The notes beneath the pieces were generated by a model. The model saw only the letters and a program-made list of their open reading frames with translations. It was not told the DNA's origin and did no database searches. A stretch of 64,000 nt of DNA from Vicugna vicugna (lineage: Eukaryota): positions 1,129,061-1,193,060 of the forward strand of contig MU058423.1 of assembly GCA_013265495.1 (NCBI GenBank), in the 5' to 3' direction. The position numbers were made by a program, and so were the translations under genes. Within the stretch, counting starts at the first letter, position 1. The number at the start of each line of letters is the position of its first letter. This document shows positions 40,044 through 51,170 of the stretch, piece after piece.

Positions 40044-40287
40044 GTAAGTTTATGTCCACAAATGGTGTCTCTCTGATGAGGTACCCTTGTGCAGTGCACA
40101 ACCTGGATGCCTATTCGTAGCAGCACTACTTGGACTAACAGACTGGTCTTTCTTTTCTCTGGTCTCTCCAGGCAGGATAAAACGACCTTAAGCTCAAAGA
40201 TATCTGTTTCCCTTAAACAGATCCAGGATTCCTAAGACCCGTGGGTCCATCTGGTGATCCTAGTTAAAGGATCACTTCCTTCCGGTC

Positions 40288-40327
40288 ATGGGGCTCTTCA
40301 TTCTGCTCTCCTTGACTGTCCTTTCAG
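40288..40327 (+). CDS. TMIGD3: TMIGD3 signal-peptide exon, coding part (exon acceptor at 40220 or 40171)
   Basis: GTCATGG Kozak context; MGLFILLSLTVLS; donor CAG|GTAAGA, phase 1, in frame with the Ig exon (G+AC = D). Confidence 0.85.
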
Positions 40328-41334
40328 GTAAGAGATGGGGAAGAAACATCTCCAGCCCTCCCAGCTTCCCAGGAATCTTGCCATTTCCTTCTGCTTTCCT
40401 ACGTGGAGTTCCTGCTCATTAGCTCAAACCATATGAGATGTGGGACCAGAAAATAAACGGAGGGGAAAGTAGATCTTGTCCAAATTAGTTCTTGTTCTTA
40501 ATTCTGATAAATGGGTTGTGGGGAATTTAAAACCCTCATTTAAAATGAGAGCTCTGTATTCTCCCTTTCAATTCAAGTTCCCCTTCCCTTCCCCGTCCTC
40601 CCCTTAAAAATGTTTGTGCTGACAGATGAGAGAGGAAGGGACTTCCTGCCTTCTGCCCAAGCCTGACCCTACAGAGGACCGACTGGCCTGCGCTCTGCTG
40701 CCCTCTAGCCTTGTGGCCTTTGAGAGTCGCTGCCCCTCCCTCTGGGTCAGCATCCAGGCCGGTAAATGAGTATCACATGGTCTTCTTTCTGGGGTTGATA
40801 TGAGAACAGACTATCCCAGCAAGTCACACGGTATCAGGGATGCGAACCTGCTTGGCAGGCTGACCCCTCCCACCGTGAGCTCAATGTGAGGCAGCATTTG
40901 AGGGGACCAACCCCAGCACACGTCTGGGAGGAAGGCTGAGCGAGGGAGGGGCTCTGTTGCTGATCTCTTCTTCTCGGTCAGACACCTCCCCAGCCACACA
41001 CAAGCTGGATGTGGCGTGCACGACTTCCTCATTATGCAACACCCTGAGATGACAGAGGTGCTCACACCAGTCTTGTGCGGAAAAAACTTGAGGTTCTTAG
41101 CCCTTAAGGCCAGGGCAGAACCTGACTCCTCTGTTTCAGCCCTATGCAGCCAGCAGAAGCCTCCAAAGCTCCTTACTTCCTTTTTGAGGGTGCCAAGGTG
41201 GAGTGAGGGGCCAGGGGCAGCGGATCTGCTAACAGTAAGCCTCGGGCTCCTCTAGCCTCCCGCCTGAATTCTTGCAGCAGGGGATGTATGTCTTACCCAC
41301 TCTTTGGCCAGAGAAAAAGACTTCTCCAGGGACG

Positions 41335-41683
41335 CTGTACCAACCACAGACCGTGTGGTGTAAACAACAGAAATCTGTTTTCTTACAGGGATGGACGCTA
41401 GAAGTCAAAGATCTAGGTTTGGTTTTTCTTGAGTTCCTTCTCCTTGGTCTGCAGGCAGCTGCCCTTTCCCCGTGTTCTCGCACGGTCATCCCTCCGTTGT
41501 CTGTGTCCTCGTCTCCTTTTTTATTAGGATACCAGTCAGATTGGATTAGGACCCATTCTGATGACCGTTGTAACTTAATTACTTCTTTAAGTCTCTAAAT
41601 CCGAAGACAACCCCACTCTAAAGTACTGGGCGGTTAGCATTTCAACAGAGAAATTTTAGGGAGACTGTATTGAGCCCATAACA
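41335..41683 (-). mobile_element. MLT1 LTR in a TMIGD3 intron
   Basis: TAAACAACAGAAATCTGTTTTCTTACAG...GGATACCAGTCAGATTGGATTAGGACCCA...GAGCCCATAACA. Confidence 0.8.
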
Positions 41684-41778
41684 ATTGCCAGCCCCAAATA
41701 GGCAAACATCAACCTCCAGTGCCTTGATTAATTTTCCTCTGAGGGGCAGGAACTGCAGTGTGCTGAAAAGAACAATGG

Positions 41779-41802
41779 TGTGTGTGTGTGTGTGTGTGTG
41801 TG
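41779..41802 (+). repeat. (TG)12 microsatellite abutting a splice acceptor
   Basis: TG x12 followed by CGTTTTCACAG|exon. Confidence 0.95.
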
Positions 41803-41813
41803 CGTTTTCACAG

Positions 41814-42161
41814 ACGCCATGGTCATGGACGAGAAAGTCAAGGAGCGCTTTGTGCTGGACACGACTTCTGCCGTCTGCAGCTACGACGCCCGCTATAAGG
41901 ACCACCCCAAATACTGGTGCCGAGGCTATTTGCGGGACTTCTGCAGCATCATCGCCTTCGCACCCAACAGCACCAACCGTGTGGCCCTGAGGGACACAGG
42001 AGACCAGCTCATTGTCACTGTGTCCTGCCTGAGCAAGGAGGATGTGGGCTGGTACTGGTGTGGCATCCAGCGAGACTTTGCCAGAGATGACATGGATTTT
42101 ACAAAGCTTCTTGTGACTGACAACAGAAGAGCCCGCGCCAACAGCTTTTGGCCTGGGAAAG
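41814..42161 (+). CDS. TMIGD3: TMIGD3 Ig V-type domain exon (CD300/pIgR-like)
   Basis: AMVMDEKVKERFVLDTTSAVCSY...KYWCRGYLRDFC...LSKEDVGWYWCGIQ...FWPGK. Acceptor CAG ends 41813; donor G|GTCAGG. Confidence 0.93.
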
Positions 42162-43742
42162 GTCAGGAGCCTCGCGGGGGTCTGGCTGGGGGTGGCCCAT
42201 AGCAGGGGGTGTTAGCTGCTGTGGCGAATGCTTGCTGAGCACCATCTCGGGCCCTCCCCAGGTTCTCCGGGGTAACCTGGTCTCTCCCTCCCTCCGCAGT
42301 AAGGTGGCTGCTCGGGTGCTGGAAAGTAACACGGAGTTTGGGGAAGAGGAGGGTGCGTGGGCCCTGGGGTGCTCTCGGAACCTCTCTTTCCTCACAGCCA
42401 TCTGGCTCATGGAACTTGGGAGGCTAACAGGTGTGAGAGCTGTGTGTTGCTGGGCAGGAAAGGCTCCGAGGCGGTTATGAAATCTCTGTGCTCCTGGGAT
42501 GGCCTTGCAGGTCTGGAATCTTAAAGATTCGTTTCTCGAGAGGTGACCAGGGCTGCAAAAAGTGATCTAGGCACTTGGACAGGCACCCTTAAAAACTGTC
42601 CACTTAAATAGTTTCATAATTTACAGAGACAAATAATAGGTCTGAGTGGTCTGGGCTTTCTTTGAAGGAGTACAGTTTGCACCAGGAAGCTTCTGGAAAG
42701 GTGTGGTGTGCTGGAGCCTGGAGGGCCGAGTCTCTCTAAGCCAGTCTCTGTTGCTCCTTTGGGCCAGGGCGAAGGTCTAGGGTCTCCTGATGCTCCCCCA
42801 AATTCTTCTGTCCAATGCTGAGAACCTCCCTTTACACCAGAAAACCTCCCTCAGGCACGCTGCTTATGGAAGGCACTACCCTTTCCTTTCTTCTTTTTTT
42901 CTCTCCTGTGACTTCGCATGACTTCCATTTCTAGAAGGGATGTCTTTCTGTTGCAAACCAGAGCACAGTACCAGTAAGAAGACACACCAGGGGACTTAAG
43001 GGAAGCCCCTGGCAGCCTCCTCCTGGTGCTAGAAAGCCTTGCTCACACTCGACCAAATGGGAGTTGGTTCAGCAAGCACCTTCCTGAACGTGTGACGACC
43101 TTCGCACCTACGGTGTTTCTACTTTGTGTGGTTCTGCTTTTCTTTATCTGTGTAGTCTGTCCTGAGTTTCAGGCTCAGGATGAAACAGGACCCACCAAAA
43201 TGCGCTCCTTAGTTTAAGTGAAACACAGACACACACACGACCCTCTGGTTTTATCCCAGGAGGCAATCTGGGTGGCGCTTCTCCCATTGGGCTTCGGTGG
43301 CTGTCAGAAGCACAAGGCGGCAATTATATTACCTACTGATCAGTTCCCTAAGGACAGGACTGGCCCCCTGCTGCCTCTGCTGGCCCCCTCGTGTAGCCTT
43401 CGGCCTGGGATTCTCTAGCCAAGGGCCATTTCTAGTCAACACAGAGCCTTTGTGCAAATCTGGAAAAGGTGCCCCTTCCTCCAGATGCATGGAGCCCAAT
43501 GTCGGGGTGCCTGGCTTGGCAAGCAGAGTGTTTCAACCCCTGCTTGTTCCCTCCGCCTTCTGCCCTGTGCAGGGCACATGTCTGCAGCTGTACGTGGTGC
43601 CTCCGCTCGACCCAGCTGCCGCCCAGGGCACTCACCCTCCGGAGGTGGAGGAATGACAGGCAAAGGTGCAGAGATGCAGATGGCAAAGGAAGGGTCTGGG
43701 GAGGGGCTTTATTTGACTCTCAACAAATCCTTTCTGACACAG

Positions 43743-43809
43743 ACCTATCAGGCAACAAGAACAGAAGCTGCAGGGCTTCCAGAGTTGTCGACAAGGCAGA
43801 TCACTTCAG
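43743..43809 (+). CDS. TMIGD3: TMIGD3 stalk exon
   Basis: (D)LSGNKNRSCRASRVVDKADHF(R). Acceptor CAG| at 43742, donor AG|GTGAGT. Phases 1 to 2 fit the neighbouring exons. Confidence 0.9.
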
Positions 43810-44486
43810 GTGAGTCCTAACTTTAGGAGACCAATGGACTTTGGGTGGGCAGTAATAACACGACATGATGATGGATTTGCACCTGCTACTTTTTGGCTGT
43901 GTTGTTTCTCCTCTTGAATAGCTGTCTTCAATGTGACTATCTGCTTTCTTTCCAAAGAGTATAATGTAGGACTCTCGGTCACCAGCAGCAAAAATGCCCT
44001 CTGGCCATTTTAATTAAAGAGGGGAAAGCATTATCAGGAGAGAACAGGGTCTGCTGAAATGCAAGGGCAGGGGAGGGGCCGCCTTCACAAATGGCCAGGA
44101 TTTATCGCCATCTCTAATCTGCTACCCTTATGTGTGTTTGCTGCTTCTCTCTCGGAGCTGCCCTTTTGTATTTCATTTCTGCGTGGGAGATGATATCCAT
44201 TTCTAGCTCCCGAGTTTATTTCTCCCTGGTCCAGGGATGAGCCGCCTGAGGCTTGATCCTCCGCCTGCCTATCCCATGTCAGTTTCTGAGAAGGGGCCTG
44301 GGTTCGGCTTGGTTTTCCGGAGGAGAGAGGCACTTTAAAGGAATTCAGCTGCCGGGAGCTGCTGGAACCCCGGGTGGGAGCAGGGGCGGCGGGAGGGGGC
44401 AAGTCCCAGCAAAGGGGGATCCTGAGCAGAGAACCAAAAAGTGGTTTCTCCCAAGGGACACAAATGCTGTCTGTGACTCCTTCCAG

Positions 44487-44587
44487 GATGTCCATCTTCC
44501 TTATCTGTATACTGATCACAAGCTTGGGGTCCATCTTCGTTATCAGTCATCTGTCCAAACGGAGGGGAAGTCGACGGACTAGAAGGG
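44487..44587 (+). CDS. TMIGD3: TMIGD3 transmembrane exon
   Basis: MSIFLICILITSLGSIFVISHLSKRRGSRRTRR: a hydrophobic helix followed by a basic stop-transfer segment. Acceptor TTCCAG|, donor G|GTAGGT. Confidence 0.9.
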
Positions 44588-46023
44588 GTAGGTAGTGGTT
44601 TGCAGGGGTGGGTGGGAATTAGGGAAAATAAAAAGGGTCAAGGGGGAGCTTTCAAATGGGTAAATGTGACCCTCCTCTTGTTGCCTGGGTCCCTGGCGTC
44701 CCATGCAGCCTGCCCGTGGCCAATCTGGGCTGGGGACATTCTGCCTCATAGTGACAAAGGCACCCTGAGGGGTGGCAGACAGAACACTGTAGCCCCGTTA
44801 ATGAAGGTGTAGGTAGACCAGGTAGCGGGGAGGCCCTAAGACTCGGAAGGTGCCACGTCTGGAGGACCACCTCCCTCCTCAGAGCAAACGCTTTTTGATT
44901 GGAACTTTTTGTTCACCTAGAGGGACTAGAAGCCAAAGGGGTTCCTGGGGCCCCTGGGTAAGCAGGCGTAGAAAGGTCTCCCTGAGAAGCGTCAGGAATG
45001 GAAGAGGGGGGCCCAAGGGCCTCAGCCGTAGGCTTGGGCCACGGGAGGGGGGCCTCTCAGCTTTGTCCCTCCTTCTGCCCTTGAGTGATCGCAGGTAAAG
45101 GCTTAGCTGGAAGCCAGAAAACTAGCCAAGCTGCTTCTGGGATCCCCATGCCTCTGGTAAGTTCCCTTCTTGGCTCTGTGTCCTGAGTCCTGTGCCCATG
45201 GCTCCCTGATCTTTAGGGCTCCCCATTCCTAAAGGGAGGAACTATGTGCAGAAGGGGCCATGTGGATCAGTCCACCTGTCCTTTGGGGCAGCATCAGAGG
45301 AGGCCAGATCCTCAAGGCCACCACGCGGTGAGTCCGATAGGCTCTCAGGTGGACACGGGGTAGAGAGACCAGACACAGGTGCCGCTGTTTGGTTAAACTG
45401 GGTTTGTTTCCTTTTTATGCTCAGAAGTCACAGAAATGCCTTGGGCAGCGGAGAGCCTGTAGGCACAATTACAAAACAGACTCCAGCCTCCTCTGGGCAT
45501 GGAAATGTAAAACATAACATTTTAGAGAATGAGAGAAAACAAACACCTGTTAATGAAACACAAGGGCCTGTAGCCAGAAGAATCTGAAATCCAAAGCTAA
45601 GGCTGCAAAAGGTGTCACACTTTCCTGGTGATAATGTGGCCCTTGGCTAGAGCAGGAGCCCTGAGAAATCAAAGCAGTGGCTCCCCCGGCACCCCTGGCC
45701 TTCTGCGCTCTGAGAGCTGTGGGGGCTGTGGACGTCTTGCTCAGTTTTGCCCAAGACCACTCCTTTTGGGACACAACGGTAGTCTAGGTTTTTGCAAAAA
45801 CCATCATCACTTCTTTAAGGCATGACCTCGGGCAGCCTGTTACATCTCTGGGCCTGTTTTCTTCTCTATAAATTGAGGACCCCTTACTCCCCAGTATTGT
45901 TCGTTCATTCATTCAACAAACAAGGATGATGGCGGATGCTGGGATACACAGCTGAGTCAAAGAAACAGCGTCAGTCTTCATGGCGCTTGCAATGCAGAGT
46001 GGGAGGCAGACGAGCCATCTCAG

Positions 46024-46058
<35 letters not shown>

Positions 46059-46059
46059 C
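46024..46059. repeat. (AC)n microsatellite within an L2-like fragment
   Basis: About 18 AC units with one interruption. Confidence 0.9.
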
Positions 46060-46488
46060 AGGAAATTGACAACTAGAGTAAGTACTCTATAAGAGAGACG
46101 GACGGTGCTATGAAAGTTGAGGCAATGGAACCCAACCCTCTTCTTTTTTTAGCAAGGAGTTGTACCACCTGGTTTAGTCATGACCTGCTCCCTCACACTC
46201 AGGCAGTTGAAAGATGCAGCCTGAATCAAGGTCCCTTCTGGGTCCTGAAGGAGTCCAGCTGCATTCACATCACCAGAGCTTGGTGAGAGGTGAATGCAAG
46301 CCCCGCCCACCAAGCTTTCCCGCTGACTGACTAATAAGCTTTGATGCAATGGCATCTGATTTCGGCCTTGAAAACAAATTTTGGTGTTTGGTCCCTGTGA
46401 AGTCCCCAAGACAGGGTTTAAAAACTTCTGCTGCAGAAGCACCCAGCATAGATCTCAACTCAATCTTCTTTTTCTATTTCCAACAAAG

Positions 46489-46583
46489 TAGGCAACTCTT
46501 TGAAGCCCCTCTCACATGTCCTGACTCCAAAGAAGACGGCTCATAACTCGGCAGAAGTTTTCTTTTATTTAGTTCATAAATAA
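46489..46583 (+). CDS. TMIGD3: TMIGD3 last coding exon (cytoplasmic tail)
   Basis: (V)GNSLKPLSHVLTPKKTAHNSAEVFFYLVHK*. Pyrimidine tract then AAG|TAG acceptor. Total CDS 651 nt = 216 aa. Confidence 0.8.
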
Positions 46584-48319
46584 AGTGATGCTACAATACA
46601 ATCACTGTGACAACTGGCCCACATTGGGGGGAATAATTCTGATCTCAGGCATTCCTGAAGTCCCCTCTAACCTTGACAGCAATCATTTGCAGCTAGGTTA
46701 GAACAGTGACCGCCAGAGGGGCTCTGCTGGGCCGCCCCTGGGCAAGGCCAGAGTCAGATAACATCTCGAGATCTTAGTTCTCGCGCAGTCGGCTAATCAG
46801 AAGTGAAGAAGAGTGTCAGATGTTGGCCGGGGGCCAGGATATCACCTGTGTTTTATTTGTTAGCCGGTAAATTTCTAACCCAGTGTTGAATGAACTCCAG
46901 GGTATGACTAGCTTCTCTCAGGGTTTCACTGGAAAAGTACTTCCGGAAAAGCTTCTGTTAAAGGATAATATTCTAATTTATCTCTCAATCGGTATTACTT
47001 GCTCTTCTACCAAAGAAAGGGAGGGAGGCTAGACCAAGGGTTCCCAGAGGCTCTTGGGGCAAAGACTCTCTCCTATGTGAGAAAATGCCACCAGGCTGAG
47101 TGGATGCCGATTTTGATCAATGAGAAACCAAAGTGTGATAAATGATGTGAAATATTCATTCACATCAGGAAACACAGATTGAGATGGGGCATCCACAGTG
47201 GTGGGTGCAAGTGAGGTGAAATCGTAATTAGCGAAAAAATTACCAAAACTCCCAGGTCCTACTCGCATGCCTACATCCTCTCTCCCCAGGGAGTGTCTCT
47301 CCTGCTATTTCAGGGAGATCTTAGGGTCTCCCCACCTCTGCCTCTGCTGCCCTCATAAAAACCCTGCTCTTCCAGCCCCTGCTAAAAGGATGCTGGCCAG
47401 TCTCAGTGCTCAGGACACTCACCTGGCCCCCTGTCTGAGCAGGGCTGGAACAGGGATCCTGGTTCTTGACACAGTTCTGCATATGTCCTGCACGTTTAGG
47501 TCCAGGCTCTCACAAAGTCTTTCATGAACACAGTTCCTTTGACTTTCCCCTAACCCCTCTCCATGGGGTAGGGTAGGGAATACAAAGCTATTCACCAGTC
47601 TGATGGGAAGAGGAGGGACTGTGGGTGCTGACCCATTCCTGCCATCCTCCGTGTTTCCACCCAGCTGGCCCCCCCACCTCCCAGAGTCTTAGATCAAACA
47701 ACATCAAAAGCGCTGTCTCTTCCCTCAGCCACAGAACAGCCCCAACCCCTCCCCTGTGGCCATGTATTGAATTTACATAAAGGAGCCACTAGCCCACCGG
47801 CTCTGCAAAGAGCAGTCCAGTCTGGGCTTGGTTAGGACATCCTACCACACAAGGCAAGAGAGCAGACCTCCATCTTTCACGACAGATGAAGACATCCACA
47901 GACATCCTGGAAGACTTAACACCTACTAGCTAAAAACTGTTTCCCCTGAGAATCCTACAGGTTCTGGTTCCGTGATCCAGGATTCTACAGCCCCTTTTCT
48001 CCCCACACCTAACAAAGACTGCTTGAATCTATGGTCAATTATTTAAGTTACTCATTTCATCCTCCTGCAAAGCTAGCTGCACGCCAGTTTTCACGATGGG
48101 GAGACAAAAAAAACAAGACTTGGGTTATGCTGTTAAAAATGGGAAGCTTCAAGCAAATAGAGGAAAGAGCAATTAATCTGATATTTCATATACAAGTGGG
48201 TGGCGGGAGGATGATGCTTATGCCTCCTCTTGTAGTTGTTTATAAGGCACTGGCTCTGAACTGGAGGTGATGCGGCTTCTAGCTTCAGGGTTGGTGGAAG
48301 TGTTTGATGTCAACTCAGC

Positions 48320-48495
48320 GTTTCGAGACCGCCCCGCCGCCGTTGTGTCCCACAGCCCGCTAGGGGCGAAGGGCATCCCTGGCGCTCTGCTGCCCTCTAG
48401 CGGCTGTCGCGCTGCGGTGCCGCCGTCTTTTCACAAGACTGTCGCCCTAAACCATCCTCTCCAAGACCTGTTTACTCCCACAGAGGGCGCGCTCC
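48320..48495. promoter_or_regulatory. CpG-rich cluster of CTCF-like motifs between convergent TMIGD3 and C1orf162
   Basis: GCCCGCTAGGGGCGA 48355-69; TGCTGCCCTCTAGCGGCT 48388-48405 (minus strand AGCCGCTAGAGGGCAGCA); CCCACAGAGGGCGC 48477-90. Confidence 0.55.
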
Positions 48496-50022
48496 TTTAT
48501 CAACTCGCTCTTTCCCCGTCTTCCCCTAAAAATTCCTGTCAGGAGCAGCTGCTCCATCTCAGAGTGAATATGCTCTCTCGATCGTGTCACCTGGTTTTAC
48601 CTTCCTAGTTTCTCGGCCACTATACGCTCTCTGGGGCAGCTCAGTGTGGAGGCAACATGCAAGGCGGACTTGATTTAAATTTTGTTCTGCCAGTTACTAG
48701 CTGGGAGACCTTGGGTAAATTATTTCATCTCTTGGAATGTGAATGTCCTTACCTTGATTTTTTTTTAACATATCACTTAATGTATGTTTAAGAGCGATTT
48801 GGGGAGGATGCTTTCCTCCCGGTGGACGGAGGTCCACTGGGGTGATACTCATCGCTGACTCCCCAGCGGAGATGGAGGGAGACGACTGATGAGTGAGTCT
48901 GGAGGTAGGAACCAGGCATGCGCACTCTGCTCTTCCTCTTCCTTTTTTAATCTCTTGGTGCAGCTTTCAAAGAGCCTGCGGTCTCTTCTGCAACTCCTGG
49001 GGTCAGCTGAGCGGCTGTTTTGGTTGTGGGGACTCTCCTGCTCTGTCAATCATGAAGAGCTCAGGGCTCTGAAGCCCACTTTGCTGCAGCCACAGTCTAT
49101 GCTCTTACTCAGCTATGTTCGTAATAAAGACGGTAATTTTTCTCTATTTGCTGAGTCCTCTTATTTCTCAGTTGGTCTAGAATTCAGGTGGGGAATGGGA
49201 GCACCAGGTACTGAAAATCCTCAACAAGGTAAATGAACTTCAAAAGTTATAAAAAGGGTTTTTAAGGGAGAGCATAGCCTCTCCCATCCCTGCCTCTCAG
49301 TCCCTCAGTAGCCAAGCTCCCGTCCCCAGGGGCGATTACTAAGACCAGTTATTGGTGATTTCTCTCAGAGACATACATACATACAAACACAGGTGCACTC
49401 GGGTTACGCATGCGCACGCACGCGCACTCTACATGGATAGAGCGTATTCAGAATTGTCTTGGTTCCTGTTTATTGTTCCCATAGGAACTTAAGAGTAATC
49501 TGACCTAGTGAAAAATAATCTTATCGGTATTTTTACTGGGATCATCTATGGAGCTATCCATCGGGATTGAGGGCAGGAGTTAATATTTGGATAATCTTTA
49601 GTTCCCATATAGTGCTGTAATGTGTACCTCTTATGCTACAGCAAGGAGACGGACATCCACACTTGAGTAGTGCTTTAGCCAACAGGGACCTTGTATTTGT
49701 GCAAAGCCCTGGGATGTACAGAGGACTTTTGCATATGATATCTTATTTATTCTTACACTAAGAGATATGTGTTATTCTGTTTTCAAGACGAGGAAACTGA
49801 AACTTTCAAAGTTTAACGCACTTGCCCCAGTGAATGAAGGCAGCTAGTTAGTGACAGAGTTTGAGACCTGTGCCCCAATCGATCCTGAGTTAGTTCCGGA
49901 GTACAACAACGCCACTACCTCCATCAGGCTTTTCTGGCTGTGGGAGAGCTCTGTACCTCTGCAGGTGATGGGGACAGACACATCAATGATGGAAAAGGAG
50001 CCCACATTGCGGAGGGTTTGCT

Positions 50023-50028
50023 TTTATT
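50023..50028 (-). terminator. C1orf162: Probable C1orf162 polyadenylation signal
   Basis: TTTATT on + (AATAAA on -), about 330 nt after the stop. Confidence 0.6.
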
Positions 50029-50358
50029 TGTAATGGTCTCTAGACTCCTCCCAAGGTGACCAATGATGCTGAGGGAATGCTCTTTGTGCCCGGAGCTCTG
50101 CGCCACACAATTTGGAAGGGGACAAGGGAGGCAGTCTCAGCCCTCAAAAGGGCTCACAGGCTGTTGGACCAAGTGGGAGGGTCAGCAATCTTTTCTCAGG
50201 CCGGGAAAAAGACTGACCCTTGGTCTTCAAAATGGATGGCCGTTTTTTCAGATCACACCCAGACAACTCCGACGGTGGTTTGACCCAGGCTGTTGTCCAA
50301 AATTTGTTAAAAGGGAAGGTGATGTATGAAGACGAAGCTGAGATGAGAGGAATGGGAC

Positions 50359-50520
50359 TCAAGCCTCAGTGGAAGGGGACGCTGAGTTTGTCACTTTAAT
50401 TTGAGAGTAGACAATGGGGTCCAAGCCTGCAGAATGGTTCTCAGTCAGGTGATCGCTCTTTTCCTTTGAGATTTTGAAAGTCATGTTGGCATAGGTATGT
50501 GCCTCCTCTGGGGGTGAAAG
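50359..50520 (-). CDS. C1orf162: C1orf162 last coding exon
   Basis: LSPPEEAHTYANMTFKISKEKSDHLTENHSAGLDPIVYSQIKVTNSASPSTEA*. Acceptor CTGCAG| with pyrimidine tract. Confidence 0.9.
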   Translation of the reverse strand, partial: LSPPEEAHTYANMTFKISKEKSDHLTENHSAGLDPIVYSQIKVTNSASPSTEA

Positions 50521-50766
50521 CTGCAGAAGGAGGAGGAGGAGGAATGCGTGAGATCAATTTGGAGGAAGGTATCTCTTAGAAGCAAGTGCCTTTTAGAAGC
50601 AACTTGGAAGCTTTGGTCAGAGAAGACCCCAAGGAGATCAGAAGAACCCTTCAAAGAATCACTTGCCCGGTGCCCAGAGCAATAACACTAGTTGGTAGGG
50701 CATAACAGGGGGAAATTCCAATGGCAGCAGGCCTCCAGTGTCCCAGAAACAGCACGGTCATCTTAC

Positions 50767-50816
50767 CTTGTCTGGAGGATCTGAGGGAAGATCCAGGGCC
50801 TGGGAATGGGAGTGAC
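50767..50816 (-). CDS. C1orf162: C1orf162 coding exon 4
   Basis: (C)HSHSQALDLPSDPPDK; GGCAG| ... AAG|GTAAGA. Confidence 0.88.
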
Positions 50817-51075
50817 CTGCCACAAGTGCCAAGAAGAAGAGGGACAGTGTCACCAGTGGGGCCTGGAGGACTCAGAAGCCTCTCTCTTCAATCTTGGGAG
50901 ACAGAATGGGGTTGGGGGAGGTGTTGGAGGTGGGAAGGGTGAAAGGTGGGGAGGGCAGGGGGAGGGTGAAGGTCTGCAGAGAGGGTGGGCTAGGCAGGTG
51001 TTATCCCCCCCTCCAAAGCTAACTCCATTCTTGATGGCAGAGAAAGAAAGAATGCCCCACCTCCTGGAGACTTAC

Positions 51076-51170
51076 ATTTTCTGTAGCTTTTTATGATGAG
51101 GAAGATGAGGGCCGTGAGCAGCAGTGTCAGGAGAACCCCAGCAAAAAAGGCCAAGACCAAATGTTCTTTG
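51076..51170 (-). CDS. C1orf162: C1orf162 transmembrane exon (coding exon 3)
   Basis: KEHLVLAFFAGVLLTLLLTALIFLIIKSYRK; ACAG| ... T|GTAAGT. Confidence 0.92.

Noticed and set aside
46555..46583. Tyr in the TMIGD3 tail (VFFYLVHK) as a possible ITIM
   Set aside because: The -2 residue is F and the +3 residue is H, so it does not fit the ITIM or YxxPhi consensus.
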